DNA of 64,000 nucleotides, from NCBI RefSeq assembly GCF_963676685.1, contig NC_092347.1, positions 744,001 through 808,000 on the forward strand. The letters are read 5' to 3'. The notes beneath the pieces are model-generated. The model was not told the origin of the DNA. It searched no databases and was given only the letters and a program-made list of their open reading frames with translations. Each line of letters opens with the position of its first letter. Within the stretch, counting starts at the first letter, position 1. This stretch comes from Mytilus edulis (lineage: Eukaryota). Shown here piece after piece: positions 23,507 to 36,500 of the stretch. The position numbers and the translations under genes were made by a program.

Positions 23507-24840
23507 CTAGAAAATATAATAAGGAGCTTGTTATTTTTATAATTATCATGATGATGAATAGACGTGTGTCTATTGTTAAATTTTCTTACTTAAAGAGAGT
23601 TTTTTTTGTCAGACATTCTTTCTTTGCTTTCATTGACCTAGCCTGACAAACCATATGCATCAATGACAACCAAAACGAGACGGTCAGTAACAAAACTATA
23701 TATCATAAGACAACTTCTGTTCAATTGGAAGGCAGTATTGCACAATTTTAAATAATTTTCTAGCAAATCTATTGGTTTTGATGACTGATAATGAACATTG
23801 GTGTTTAACGCTGCTTTCAGCACAATCGTGCTATTTTGTTGAAGTCAGTTTTTATTGATAAGCTGGAGTAAACACCCGACATTAGGTAGGGTATCCAATC
23901 CTTAGTCAATTATCATCAAGGATTAGAGGGCACCTGCCCATGCTTTATTTAAACTCGCAATCTCACACGCTGTCAAAAAAAATAATCTTTACATTGCTTA
24001 TTGTTAAATGAAAATTGCTGGCCCATCTACATTTTACAGTGTTGATATTGCGTCCCCTTCGGTATATTTGACAAAATAAAAAGGACCTATTCCAGTGGCA
24101 CTTCTGTGCATACATTTCTAACTGTATAGCCCTCCCCCTTTTTATCCACATTTTTTTCACTCATATCCCACAAAGTTTAACACCATCTATATATATTTAT
24201 TTTTCAAATCTTGAACGATCAACAAAAGATGATTATTAAAATTGTTAAAATCTTGGCCTTTACGAGCGTATGCCACGATCGAATTTAAGGTACGGGTTAG
24301 CCAGGGTACGAGAAACATCGTCCTGTCGGCTACAAATCAAAGGGAAATAACAGCAAGGAGGTTCTTTCGTGGATAAACAAAAAAATTGAACTGAACATGT
24401 ATTGTTCCAAACTATCACTACAATATTGTCAAAAGACAATATTTGAAATCATCCATCGCTAGAAAAATGTGTGTCATGAGGTTATAAGGCTCAAAAACAA
24501 ATATGTTCATTAGCATGCTGAGCGTCTTTCAAGGTTAATATTTAGGACGTAAATACTAGAATGCAGACGACATAAATATTTAATGACCAAATGAATTGAA
24601 ATACTTATATTCACTGAGTAAAACTGAATATAGCCGAATGCCATTTAAATACTAAGCTTACACATTATTAAACATTAATAAATCAGCTAAATACCTGTCA
24701 AATTTTTATGACATGGTATAAATAATCGGCGATTTTTTTAACACAAAGTTGCATGAAATCGAGAGAATAATTAATAGCATTTAAAGATTTATTATTTTTA
24801 CATATTCACAAAAGAGTATAAATTAGTTACTGATACATAC

Positions 24841-25243
24841 CAAGTACACTTTCAACTCCTTCAAGACCTTTGAAAGAAGCTGAGTCTTTACAAAGGTCTA
24901 TTGTTCTTTCAATGGCCAGACTCAGTTTTTTTGGCTGTGGACCACCACCAGTAGCCCTCTGCTCCTTGTTACGGTTGTTAAAAACCTTCTTAGCCACCTT
25001 CTTGGTGTTAGCCCACTTGTCTTTACAGTCTTTGGGAGACCTGTTGGCAACACCCAGAGCACTGACCAAGATGGAAATCCTGCTCCAGGCAGCAATCTTT
25101 CTGGAATTGGTTATACCATCCCCAAACTTTTCATTAATCACTTTGTTATTCTTTTGCACTTGATCTTGAATTACATTTACTTCTTCTTGTGTAAAGCTAG
25201 GTTTTCTGTCCCTTTGTGTTTTAGCAGAAGACTTGTCAGCCAT
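24841..25243 (-). CDS. Harbinger Myb/SANT-like (trihelix, NAIF1-like) DNA-binding protein exon 1
   Basis: RKPSFTQEE...KIAAWSRI...RSPKDCKDKWANTK...ATGGGP. Donor G|gtatgt. Spliced CDS is 801 nt (266 aa). Confidence 0.9.
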
Positions 25244-25481
25244 GTTGAAGTAAATATTAACAAACCAAGGCATTGTGGGTAAAGAGAATAATCTCTAAAC
25301 TTTAGTTAAATATTTAACGAGTGGTTAAATTATTTAACGTCATCGTTAACTAACGACGGCGTTAAACCAAGTTGAACAACACCATTTTAACCATGGGTTA
25401 AGTAACGATACGTTAGAGTATTTAACGACACGTTAAATTTAACGCTTACGTTAAGTTAACGACAAGTTGAACAACTGGGCC

Positions 25482-25707
25482 CTGGCGTAAAACAATCGTA
25501 AATGAGACAGACACCATAACCAAACCAGGTTTCGTTGTTATCTACCAGGTGTAAAACAAGCGTAAAGGAGACAGACACCATAACCAAACCAGGCTTCGTT
25601 GTTATCTACCAGGTGTAAAACAAGCGTAAAGGAGACAGACACCATAACCAAACCAGGTTTCGTTGTTATCTACCAGGTGTAAAACAAGCGTAAAGGAGAC
25701 AGACACC
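25482..25707. repeat. 64-bp tandem repeat, right part (~3.5 copies)
   Basis: Same unit as 8707-9444, continuing in register. Confidence 0.95.
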
Positions 25708-26783
25708 AGGATTTATACTTAAATAATGTCATCAATGACACCAGGATAAAAATTGTATACACCGATCGTGGGTTTCATCTACAAAGTCTCAATTATGACG
25801 CTCGAATCAAACGAGTTAAAAGGCCAAAAAAATATTAAGTTGGTTAGGCTTAAGAACCCAAAAGACGTAAAATGTATGCCAAATATACCCAAGACAATCC
25901 ATTACTTGGGTAGAAAATCCTTAGTATTTAAAAAAATAGTTGAGTACATCGGTCAACAGAAACCGACAGAGTAATACATGAATGCTGCTTACAATTTTGA
26001 CTTGTCTGACATAAACATTGCAATAAATACCATTAGACAAACTACAATAGATATAATTTAGCCAGACACAGTGGTTTATATCAGTTAAAAGTTTAAATGA
26101 AAATTGATAATAACTTGTTGAGTAACATTTGTTATTTAGTTGTCCTTTGGACTGAAAAATCACCGATTTAACACTGCACTGTTATTTATCTTGAATACAA
26201 GGTTGGACTTAAATAATTATTACAGTAAGTTAAAATGACAAGCATTTCTAAAATTAAACTGTTAAAAACAGTAGGACATAATGACTGTGTTATTTCTAAC
26301 AAAACAATGTCCACGTTATTTTACCTTTAATCTAAGATTTAAATTTATTGATCAATATACTTTTCTTAGTCCAATTTCAAATAATTCCAATGAACACAAA
26401 ATATATACAGCACATGAATAAGAGACAAATTTTAAAAAGACATCCAATGATCCATGAAACACTATTTTCAACGCCTTTGCTGATATGAATTAACGTTTCC
26501 TCTCCTGTATGACTGTACCTTGACATGTAAATACCACTAACGCCTGAGTTATCTGGTGTTTGACGCATCAAAACTTCATACAGGATAGTTGTAAAAGATA
26601 CCAATTTAACTTAAATAATTGTGCTTTTATATATTTTATGTTTTATTTTAATTTTGCTTAAGGAAAAATATATTACAAGAAAATACAGCACCTAATACAA
26701 TGTTAAAAAGGTGATATAGATTAAAAGCACTTAAATTGTTAGTCAAAAACTCATCATAGATACCAGGATTAAAACTTAATATT

Positions 26784-26830
26784 TACGCCCGACGGGCGTT
26801 TCGTCTACAAAAGACTCATCAGTGACGCTC
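26784..26830 (-). ncRNA. Minimal type I hammerhead ribozyme motif (retrozyme/Penelope-type repeat)
   Basis: Minus strand reads gagcguca CUGAUGA GUC uuuugua GAC GAAAC gccc GUC gggcgua. Catalytic core intact, 3-bp stem II, short stem III, stem I with one A-G mismatch next to the core. Confidence 0.75.
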
Positions 26831-27274
26831 GAAAAAAAATATTTAAAAGGCTAAATAAAGTACAAAGTTGAAGAGCATACCAGCTGCTATTTGGGGTATA
26901 TTTTAGTAGGAGTATATTTTAGTAGGATTCTAGTTGTGGTTCCAAGGGTAGAGGTGCGTAGAGAATGTTCACAAAATATCATTTTTTGGCATAAAATAGA
27001 CGAAACAATTTCTACTCCCTCAATAACACTTATTATGACCATTATTATAAATTATAGCATTTTTTGAAAATACCGGAATTGCTTATGACTACTTTAACCT
27101 AATTTCATCAAGTATATTTACAACCTGACATGCATTGATATATGTTAAAATTTACACAAACAAATATTAAAATAGTACAAACAAACTCCATGAAAAACAC
27201 TCGTACATCCGCACATCCTCAACATTCACAGCACTTTCATTATATGAAGAGTCTCAACAATGACAACTAGTTCA

Positions 27275-27513
27275 TCAAACTCGGGTGTTTTCCTCATAAT
27301 TAACGCTTGAAACAGTTTCCAGAGCTGGCTTCTTCTTAGGATCTGGTAAAAATGGAATGTACTTTAAAATTTTGCTGTTTCTCCATTTCTGTGGGAAAAG
27401 TGGTTCATATACCTCTATTCCTTCCTTAAAATCTTCTGTCACAAGACTTTCTGACTCTTGTGTTTTTGATGGAATGTTCTGCCATGAGGTGATACCTCGT
27501 TCATCGAGAGTGC
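27275..27513 (-). CDS. SLC23A: SLC23 coding exon 10 (last)
   Basis: GTLDERGITSW...YEPLFP..KYIPFLP..*. Acceptor tttgtag. Confidence 0.9.
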
Positions 27514-30500
27514 CTACAAAACACAAAACAAGGAAAAAACTAAGGTTGGGGTATTCATAAACCTCCTTCACAGTAACTTTAATATACTCGGAGTAAGACC
27601 GGTTTTCATATAATAGTTGGTTGGGGTTTTGATAAACCTATACAGAATTCTAATGCCCCAAGTTGAACAGGTCATTGTAATTCTATTGATTAAGGGTATG
27701 GATTAACCTATACAGAATTCTAATGCCCCAGGTTGGACAGGTCATTGTAATTCTATTGATTAAGGGTATGTATTAACACAGGTCATTGCTATTCTATTGA
27801 TTAAAGGTATGGATTAACCTTTTAAACAACAATCTAATGCTCTAAGTTGGACCCGTAATAATTAATCAATCATTTAAGGGTATTTATAAATCTTTTAAAC
27901 AGCATTTTATGCTCTAAATTGGACAGGTCTCCAGCTTGTTGAAGTTATTATAAACCCCCTAAACACCAACGCAATGTTCTAAGATGGTCCCGTCATTGTT
28001 CAACAGTTGGTTAAGGGTATTTATAGACCTCCTAAACACCAACTTATTGCTCTAATTTGGACAGACCTTTGTTCATCAATTAGTGTGGGGCATTTATTAA
28101 CCTATCACACAACAAAGTAATGCTCTCAGTTGGATCCGTCATTGTTCTTCAATTGGTTGGAGGGTATGTATAAACCTATTACACAACAAGTCAATGCTCT
28201 AAGTGGACCCCTTCAAAGTTCTTCATTCGTTTGACGTTATTTATAATCCTCCTACACATGAACCTTAAGCTCTAAATCAGACAGGTCACTGTCCTTTGTT
28301 TATGAATCGTTATATCAATCATACCACATGCTTTTATCTTTTCAGTTTACTATTGGGTTTATGTAAATGATGTATTTTCAATCAATAAAATAATACTTAC
28401 AAGTATATACAATTAATTACTTGTAATTTTTTGTAAAATTATTTATGAAAACTTGATAGTTTTTTTCTGGTATGATGGTTTCCTATTAATAATACCTACC
28501 TGGAATGGTGTTGTCAAGGAAACAGGCTAGTAAAGCACCAGATAGATTTGCATTGCCCAAAAGTGTCTTTAAAATATTATCTACACGGAAATTTCCTAAA
28601 ACATAAATATATACAGGTTTAAAAAATGAAGAAATACAGCACATATAAAAACAAGCATTTTTTGTGAAATTGCATGGCAATACATAAACTTGTACTTTGT
28701 ACTAGAACAAACTGCTAACTAAATCTATGACTTGTATTGTTGCAAACTATGTAACAAGTATCAAGGCACTATCTTCAAGGACCATAACTCTGAATAAAAT
28801 CTGCACTATAGAACAAAACTCGTACTTGATCTGTAGCTTGTCACAATAAAAATATATACCAACAGGAATGTGTCCATAGTACACGGATGCCCCAATCGTA
28901 CTATCATTTTTTATGTTCAGTGCCCCATGCAATTGGGTACAAAACTCGAATTTGGCATTAAAATTAGAAAGATCTTATCATAGGAAACATGTGTACTAAG
29001 TTTCAAGTTGATTGGACTTCAACTTCATCAAAATCTACCTCGACTAAAAATGTTAACCTAAAGCGAAACAGACGGACGGACATACAAACGAACGAACGGA
29101 CAAACGGACGTACGGAATAACGTACAGACAGACACTGGTGAAACTAAATCCCCCTCCGCAACGGAGGAGGTATAAAAAGAATAGTGCATTGAAAAACAAA
29201 AATCAAAATTTATGTTGGTCCAAAAATGTTTTGACAATGCATTGCAGGGTTAATTTCCTATCAATGTCATATTCAAGGCATTATTTTTTTCGACACTTTT
29301 TCAATCAATACTGGATGTGACGTACACTTATTTGGTGGTATTACACGAAGGTGTATCATGTGACACATAGATGCCATATGTGTTTAGAAGTATCACGAGA
29401 CACAAGATAGGTGCCATTATAATGTAGATGTATCCTTAAAAAAGTGTAGATGTATCACTGGACATCTGTTATGTGCTATACATGTTTAGATGTATCACGT
29501 TACACATGACAGGTGCTATATCTGTGAATATACATGTATATATCATAAGACACATTGTAGGTGTCAGGTGAAAAATATATTATAATACACATGATAAGTG
29601 CCATACGTCTTAAGATTTATCCTGAGATACATGAATATTGCGACATATTTGCACATGTATCAAACGAAACATCATATCACATGTGTATTGCTGTATCTTG
29701 GGACATAAGCTTTAGATTGGTGGCACATGTGTATTGCTGTATCTTGGGACATAAGCTTTAGATTGGTGGCATATGTGTGTTTAGATGCATCATGATTGAC
29801 TTTTCAGTTGATTTCTTGTGTTTTTTTTATATTGAGTTAAGTTTCGATAACATCTATTGGGGTTTTAGTAATAATCTGCGTTTTGTTGTCCATGTTTATG
29901 TATAAAGCTTTGTATAATGTTATAGAAAGTATAGTAATAGTAAAATAATTATCACACAATTTAAAAAATCATCAACAGTTTTGTATGTTTGTTTCATTTG
30001 TCTACTATATGTTTACTTTTTATTTTAAGATGTACTTTATTTATAAAAAGAATATATAATTTTCTCACCCGTTAAAACCAGATCTTTTCCTTGAAGTTCC
30101 GTCCAATAAGGAACCATGAGACCAATGAGGATGGAGGTACCAATAATTGCTATGTTCCTTGTGGATGATAGACACACATACCGCAGATTAGACAGGACAA
30201 CTCCAATGAACATACCAAACATGGTAATTAGAGCACCACCAAGTACTGGATGAGGTATAGTTATAAAAACGGCGCAAAACTTTCCTATCAGTCCAAACGC
30301 TATATAGATTATAGCTAAAACTAAAAATACTAGTCGACTGCCAACCTATAATATAAATTATCATATAAATCTCAGCTTACACAAAAAATAATAGTCGACT
30401 ACCCGTCTATAAAATAAACTGTATTATATATCACAGCTAACAATAATAAACTGTCTCGCCGAGTGAAGCTGGATACGACTGCAGAGGTTTAAACCTGAGC

Positions 30501-33500
30501 AGTTGGGGCAAAAATGATCACAATATTCTAGCTTGACACAAGTCTGACTTTGGATTATAAATAAAATATTTGACACATCACAGATTTATTACACAGAATA
30601 AATGTAGTCAAAGAACTTAAAATTGGTAATGTGATTTGAATTTATATTCAATTGACCCCTCTTTCTCCCCGAGAATATAAAATTATCTCACCGAAAACAT
30701 TTTTTTTATCCCCCACCCTTCATTCTTTTAACTTCCCTCCTTTTTCCACAAAAAAAAAGTATTTGAAGAAAACTTTAATAGAACACAAATTATTGTCTGA
30801 AAACTAGAAACATGCTTAGTGTGAATGGGGCTTCATTTCTTATGGACACATTCTTCTTGTAGGACAGATATCTTAAGACATCTTGGTTTCAGTGATAATA
30901 CTATTTGATTTTGCCTCCTTTCTCATCTGAGTTATCGTCATCATTAGGTGTTGGTTTTGTTGACTTGCATCATTGTAAACTTCTACAAAAAACTTCTCCA
31001 CATCAATTCACTAGACCAATTTGAACTTTGATTGAATGATCTTTAAGGTAAAGCAGTAAAACCATTATCAGCTTATAGATAAGTCATATAAATCTTATCT
31101 TGAACTTCATCTAAATTCTGTCTTAATTTTGAGAACTCGTTTTAGAAATTTAAATGTGACGTGACTTTGAGCGTAAAACTGGTTATTGCTAATCATGCTG
31201 TGCATTTTTGTTATAATCGGTTTTAGCGTCGCTGGTTAGTCTTGTGAGGACGTGGCGCACGTCTGGCATATTAAATTTCTAACAAAGTACCCTTTGTTGG
31301 CTATTAATCGTTTGTTTCTTTGTCCTTTATTTTCTCCCATTTATTTGTATTGTAGTCCTGTCATGAAATGTTGTCATTTTAATGTTATAATTAACATTGA
31401 CATTAAAGCGGGAGGTTTTGCATTCCACAAAACCAGGTTCAACCCACCATTTTCATCTTAAAATGCCCTGTAACAAGTCGGGGAAATGGCCATTGTTATA
31501 TTATATTTCGTTTCTGTGTGTGTTATATTTTAATGTTGTGTTTCTGTTGTGTCGTATTTCTCTAATATGTGATGCCTTTCCCTCAGTTTTAGTTTATAAC
31601 TCGGATTTATTTTTTCTCTATCGATTTAGGAATTTCAAACAACGGTATACTACTGTTGCCTTTATTTATACCTTTTGTGGCCCCTTATTCCTGAACGGTT
31701 TTGTCAAATACTCCAAAAAAGTGAAGATCGCGCTCACATACACTACAAACCATTAAAGTCTAAAATGGCCTATATCTGTACTCGACTGGACTGATTTTTA
31801 CTAGACCACTCTGAATTGGTCTGACATTACTCGACGCCAGTCTGAACCATACTCGACTGTACTGAATCGTACTTGACCCTAATCTTTGCCGTTAAAAATA
31901 GTCTGAACTATTATTCGACCAGTCTGAAACAGTCTTAACCCATTCTTGACCTGTACTCGACCTACTTTTCCAGTCTAAACAATACTTAACCAAAGGTCTG
32001 AACAATACTCGACCAGTCTGAACCATACTAGACCAAATAACCTCTACTTTTTAACTGTCAAAATAAATTTCTTTTTCACTGACATATATAACAATTAAAA
32101 ATATAACTATTATTATATTTAGGATAAAAAATATTATAGATAGTTTATATCAAAATGGGATAAAATTGATAAAATAAATAAAATTGTTTTTTCTGATTAG
32201 TGGTGAAAAATAAAGTATTACTTCTGCTTGGGGCAAACTCATAACTAAGATCACACCTGGTCAGAGGTATTAAATTCTAAATAACATTTATTAAAAATTG
32301 CAACATCCTGTTTAACTTTAATAACAAGGCCTTCCGAATATACTAGATAAGTAATACACGAATTTAAGAAAATAGGGATTTCTTTTTACCTGTAAAACAC
32401 ACATGTTCTGAGGTATTAAACCATATAATTGCTTTAAGTATGCCATGTCTTTAATTTAACAAAAAATATTTGAAATAATTGAAATAGATTTTTACTGTTA
32501 CTTTAGAACACATTTCCTTTTCTGAAAAGGTTATCAAGAATTGCTATGGAAATTCTATTATCATGATTATATCAAATTCTTGGTTTAATTAAAAACAAAA
32601 CAATTGAGGTCTCATTTTTTAAAATTTATTCAGTTGTTTTATATACTATTTTATATATATATATATGTATATATATTAATATAAAAAAAAACATTCACTG
32701 CATTATCAATTAAACTCAACTAAATTTCAAGTTGTTGTTTAAATTTCATTTTCATTAAAAAAATGTTTCTAAGTTGATTAAATTCAGTTGATAGAAACAA
32801 AGAATAGGTTTAGGTTGGTTAAAACTTGTTCAAGTATTGTTCAGACTAGGTCGAGTACGGTTTAGACTAGGTCGAGTATGGTTCAGACTCGTATAAAATG
32901 GTACAAAAGTACAAATCCAGACTGTTAAGTATGGTTCAGACTACAAACGAGTATTATCAAGTAAATTTCAGACCAATTCAGACTGGTCAAGTACAGAGCA
33001 GTACAGTCGAGTACAAATATAGGCCATTTAAGACTTTTGCTGGTTTGTAGTGATACCCCACACCCCCAAATAATTCTAAGAAAGAAAAAAATGAATCATA
33101 ATTTCCTGTAGATATTCACATCTACATAGTGTGTCCTTGTTATCTACAAAGTTTCATGAAATTCTGTTGTGTAGTTTCAGAGGAGTTGCGATGACAAGAA
33201 CAGGACTGACTGACTGACAGACTAACAGACTAACAAACTAACAGACTCACAAACTAACAGACTGACAAACTAACAGACTAACAGACTGACGAACAGACGG
33301 ACAAATGGACGTGTCAAAAACAGTATACCCTTGTTGAGTGGGGTATAATAAGTCCAAACCGTCGACTTGTGATATTGAACCTTGTGGTACAACATCACAG
33401 CAATCAAAATACTAATACACAAGTTAATGTCCTGAAACTAGATAAATTAAGAGATAACTGTATTGTATTTGAAGCTTTAAGGACGTCCATCGGTAGTTTT

Positions 33501-36500
33501 ACTGTCGCAAATTTAGTTTACCTGGCGACGCGGAGCGGAGACAGGTAAACGGGTATTTGCGACAGTAAAACTACCGATGGACGTCCGCAAAGCTTCAAAT
33601 ACAATACAGTTATCTCTATTCTAATGCAAAACAAGTTCATAATTAAATTTCACTCATAATTTCAGTGTAAAATCTTCATTAAAAAAAATTCCGCGAAAAA
33701 ATGTTATCGTCTTTGGTCCCTACACTACGTGACGTCATAGGTATGCTTCCGGCGTAAAACATAAACAACGGGCGTTTTCTGGCTTCTGTGCCGCTTCAGA
33801 ATGTAACAAAATTTGATAAAAAGAAGATTTTTAGGCGCAAGAAGTGAGTTTATTGTTTATTATTGTAGAAATAACATGTCAGTACATTCCGAAATTCAAA
33901 ATGTCGGCTTCCTTAGTTACAGACAAGGAGATAGAGAATTTTACGCTTGCTGTCATCCAATCAGAACAATTGTTACAAAATAATTGCATTAGAATGCTTG
34001 TTTTGTGTTTCTTTTTGTCTTTAATTCCAAAACGGTTGGGACCATCACCCCAAAACAATCTTAACATTCCTTTGATGGTATTGAACCTTTTTCCAAGAGA
34101 TCCATAGACTTAAACTTAGTTATTGTCCAGAAACCAAATTTCTTCGTACGCCGATTCAGACTTCGTCGACATAATAGCAATATACGATCCGCAAATTTGT
34201 TTTGCGTTGTATAAAAATACAAGTGGGTTTCAAAATAAAAGAATCATTTTTTTTCAATGTCAGTTGTTGTCTTATTGTTGAAACACAGCAGCTATAATCT
34301 TTTTTTTTATCAGTGTAAATGTTCACACATTAGTCATTTGTCTTTATGGATAGTAGTGTCATAGCCAGTCACATTTTATGATACAATAAAGTTTTTGTCA
34401 AAGAAAGTTAAAAGGGTTCAATAAAATGTGCAAATCAACATTTTTAAACGTAATTCACATGTTCGTTCCACATAAAATGTCATCAACCTTCCATTCCTGA
34501 TATTAATATCATAGCAGTACCGGACATATATATAATATAGTTAATTGCTATTAATTAGTATTGCAATGTGCATTGTGTTTAAATGTAGTATCAGTATTTA
34601 GTTCTATTATAATCTTAAATCAATCCTATTTCTATCCTATTTTTTAAATATAATTTTTCAAATATGACGTCATTTTTGTGCTGTTTCAGAAATTCAAATG
34701 TCTGCGTGACGTAATATTGTGCCTTTTCACCACTTAGTATGTGACGTCATTGTTATGACTTTTTTACTGATTCGGGTGTGTCTATTTTTTGTGTTGGTCT
34801 TCAATGTATTATGTATTCGGGTTCTGTTTTCTGTAATTAGTTAAGACGTCAGTTTTATCATGTAAATCTTTTATATTCATTTGATAAAATTTATTGTTTG
34901 CAATAGCATAAACTGTTCTATATAATAAGGATGTTCTCATCACAAGCAGAAAACTCTAGCCGTATTTGGCACAACCTTCTTCAGCTTTTGATCCTCAGAG
35001 CTGTACAACTTTGTACCCCCTTTTTTTGACTTTCAAACTTTTATATCTGGGCGTCACTGGTAAGTCTTGTGTGGAAGAGGTGTGTTTTTGACGTATTGAA
35101 TTTTAAACCTGATGCCTTTTGTTATCTATTATTCATGTTTTTCTTTGCCTAATACGTTCTCTTTGTATTTGTATTGTAGTCCTGCACTATTATGTTGTCA
35201 TTTTAATGTTATATTTAACAATGCCATCAAAGTGCGAGGTTTTGCATGCCACAAAACCAGGTTTAATCCACCATTTTTTTCTTTAAAAATGTCCTGTACC
35301 AAGTCAGGAAAATGGCCATTGTTATATCATAGTTCGTTTCTGTGTGTGCAACATTTTTTACGTTGTGTTTCCGTTGTGTCGTTTGTTTTTTCCTATTTTT
35401 GAGTGTGAATTCACATTACTATATGACGTGTCACGGTACTTTTCTATCCCAAATTCATGTATTTGGTTTTGATGTTATATTGGTTATTCTCATCGGATGC
35501 TGTCTAATGCGTAGTCCGTTGATGTGTGTGTTACATTTCAATGTTGTGTCGTTGTTCTCCTCTAATATTTAATGCGTTTACCTCAGTTTTAGTTTGTTAC
35601 CCCGAATTTGTTTTTGTCCATAGATTTATGAGTTTTGAACAGCGGTATACTACTGTTGCCTTTATTTTTAACCTACAATGGTTTACTTTTATTAGTGGTG
35701 ACTTGGATGGTGAGTTGTCTCATTGGCACTCATACCACATCTTCTTATATCTATGTCATTGTTTGTCTTCTTTTAGTTTAAAATGTTACCTTTGTTATAC
35801 CGATAGATCCAATATTTCCACCATATGTCGATGTTGCATGTCCTGCCCCCATTATACCAGAAACAGTTGTACATAACCCTTCAATTGCAATACCTCTATT
35901 GACTGCATGCGATGGTGGTGGAGGCACATGACAGGTTTTAGCACAGGCATAGTAATCTCCTATAGAGTCCAACACAGAGATAATTGTAGCAATAAAAAAT
36001 CCCACAAAAATGCTAAAATCAAAACTAGGTGGACCAAACTGAGTTGGGTGTGGAACATAGAACCAACTGGCATTGTTTACAATATCTATTCCAACATCAG
36101 TCCTGGCTTTTTCGTGGGATAAAACTCCTGCAGCTGTACATATACCACTTACTCCCCAACCCACCATAATAGCTATTAATATCTAAAACAAAATATAATC
36201 AGATTAGCCAATCATTGGATATATACTACTTTCTCCCCAACCCACTATAATAGCTATTAATATCTAAACAAAATATAATCACATTAGCCTATTATTTGAT
36301 AAATATTAGTAAATCCCAACCCAGCATTACAGGTGTTAATATCTAAAAAATAAAATCGCAATACAATATATCATTGTAAATATACTATTTACTTCACAAC
36401 TGTAAATATGCCACTTTTATACTCCTCAGTCAACCATCCATTTTCTAACAAAATGGCTACAACGCAACATTATGGCTCATTTCGCAGATAAAATGATGAG

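Larger units (their letters stand above)
9445..25481 (+). mobile_element. Full-length PIF/Harbinger DNA transposon (16,037 bp including nested insertions)
   Basis: 26-bp TIRs gggccggttgttcaacttgtcgttaa and ttaacgacaagttgaacaactgggcc (24/26 match). CWG target (CAG 9442-9444, CTG 25482-25484). Convergent transposase and Myb/SANT genes. The satellite resumes in register on the right. Confidence 0.95.
8664..26584. mobile_element. Related non-autonomous TIR element (~1.9 kb without the insertion) hosting the 64-bp satellite and the Harbinger insertion
   Basis: Left end cctgtacgaaatgcgacgcc, right end aacttcatacagg, 2-bp TSD AT (8662-8663 / 26585-26586). Both ends are homologous to 6980-8048 (gtaa.taccact.acgcctg). 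Confidence 0.7.

Noticed and set aside
9647-25243. Domesticated host HARBI1/NAIF1 genes
   Set aside because: The genes are enclosed by TIRs and a target duplication inside a satellite, so they are best called a transposon. Orthology is not shown.
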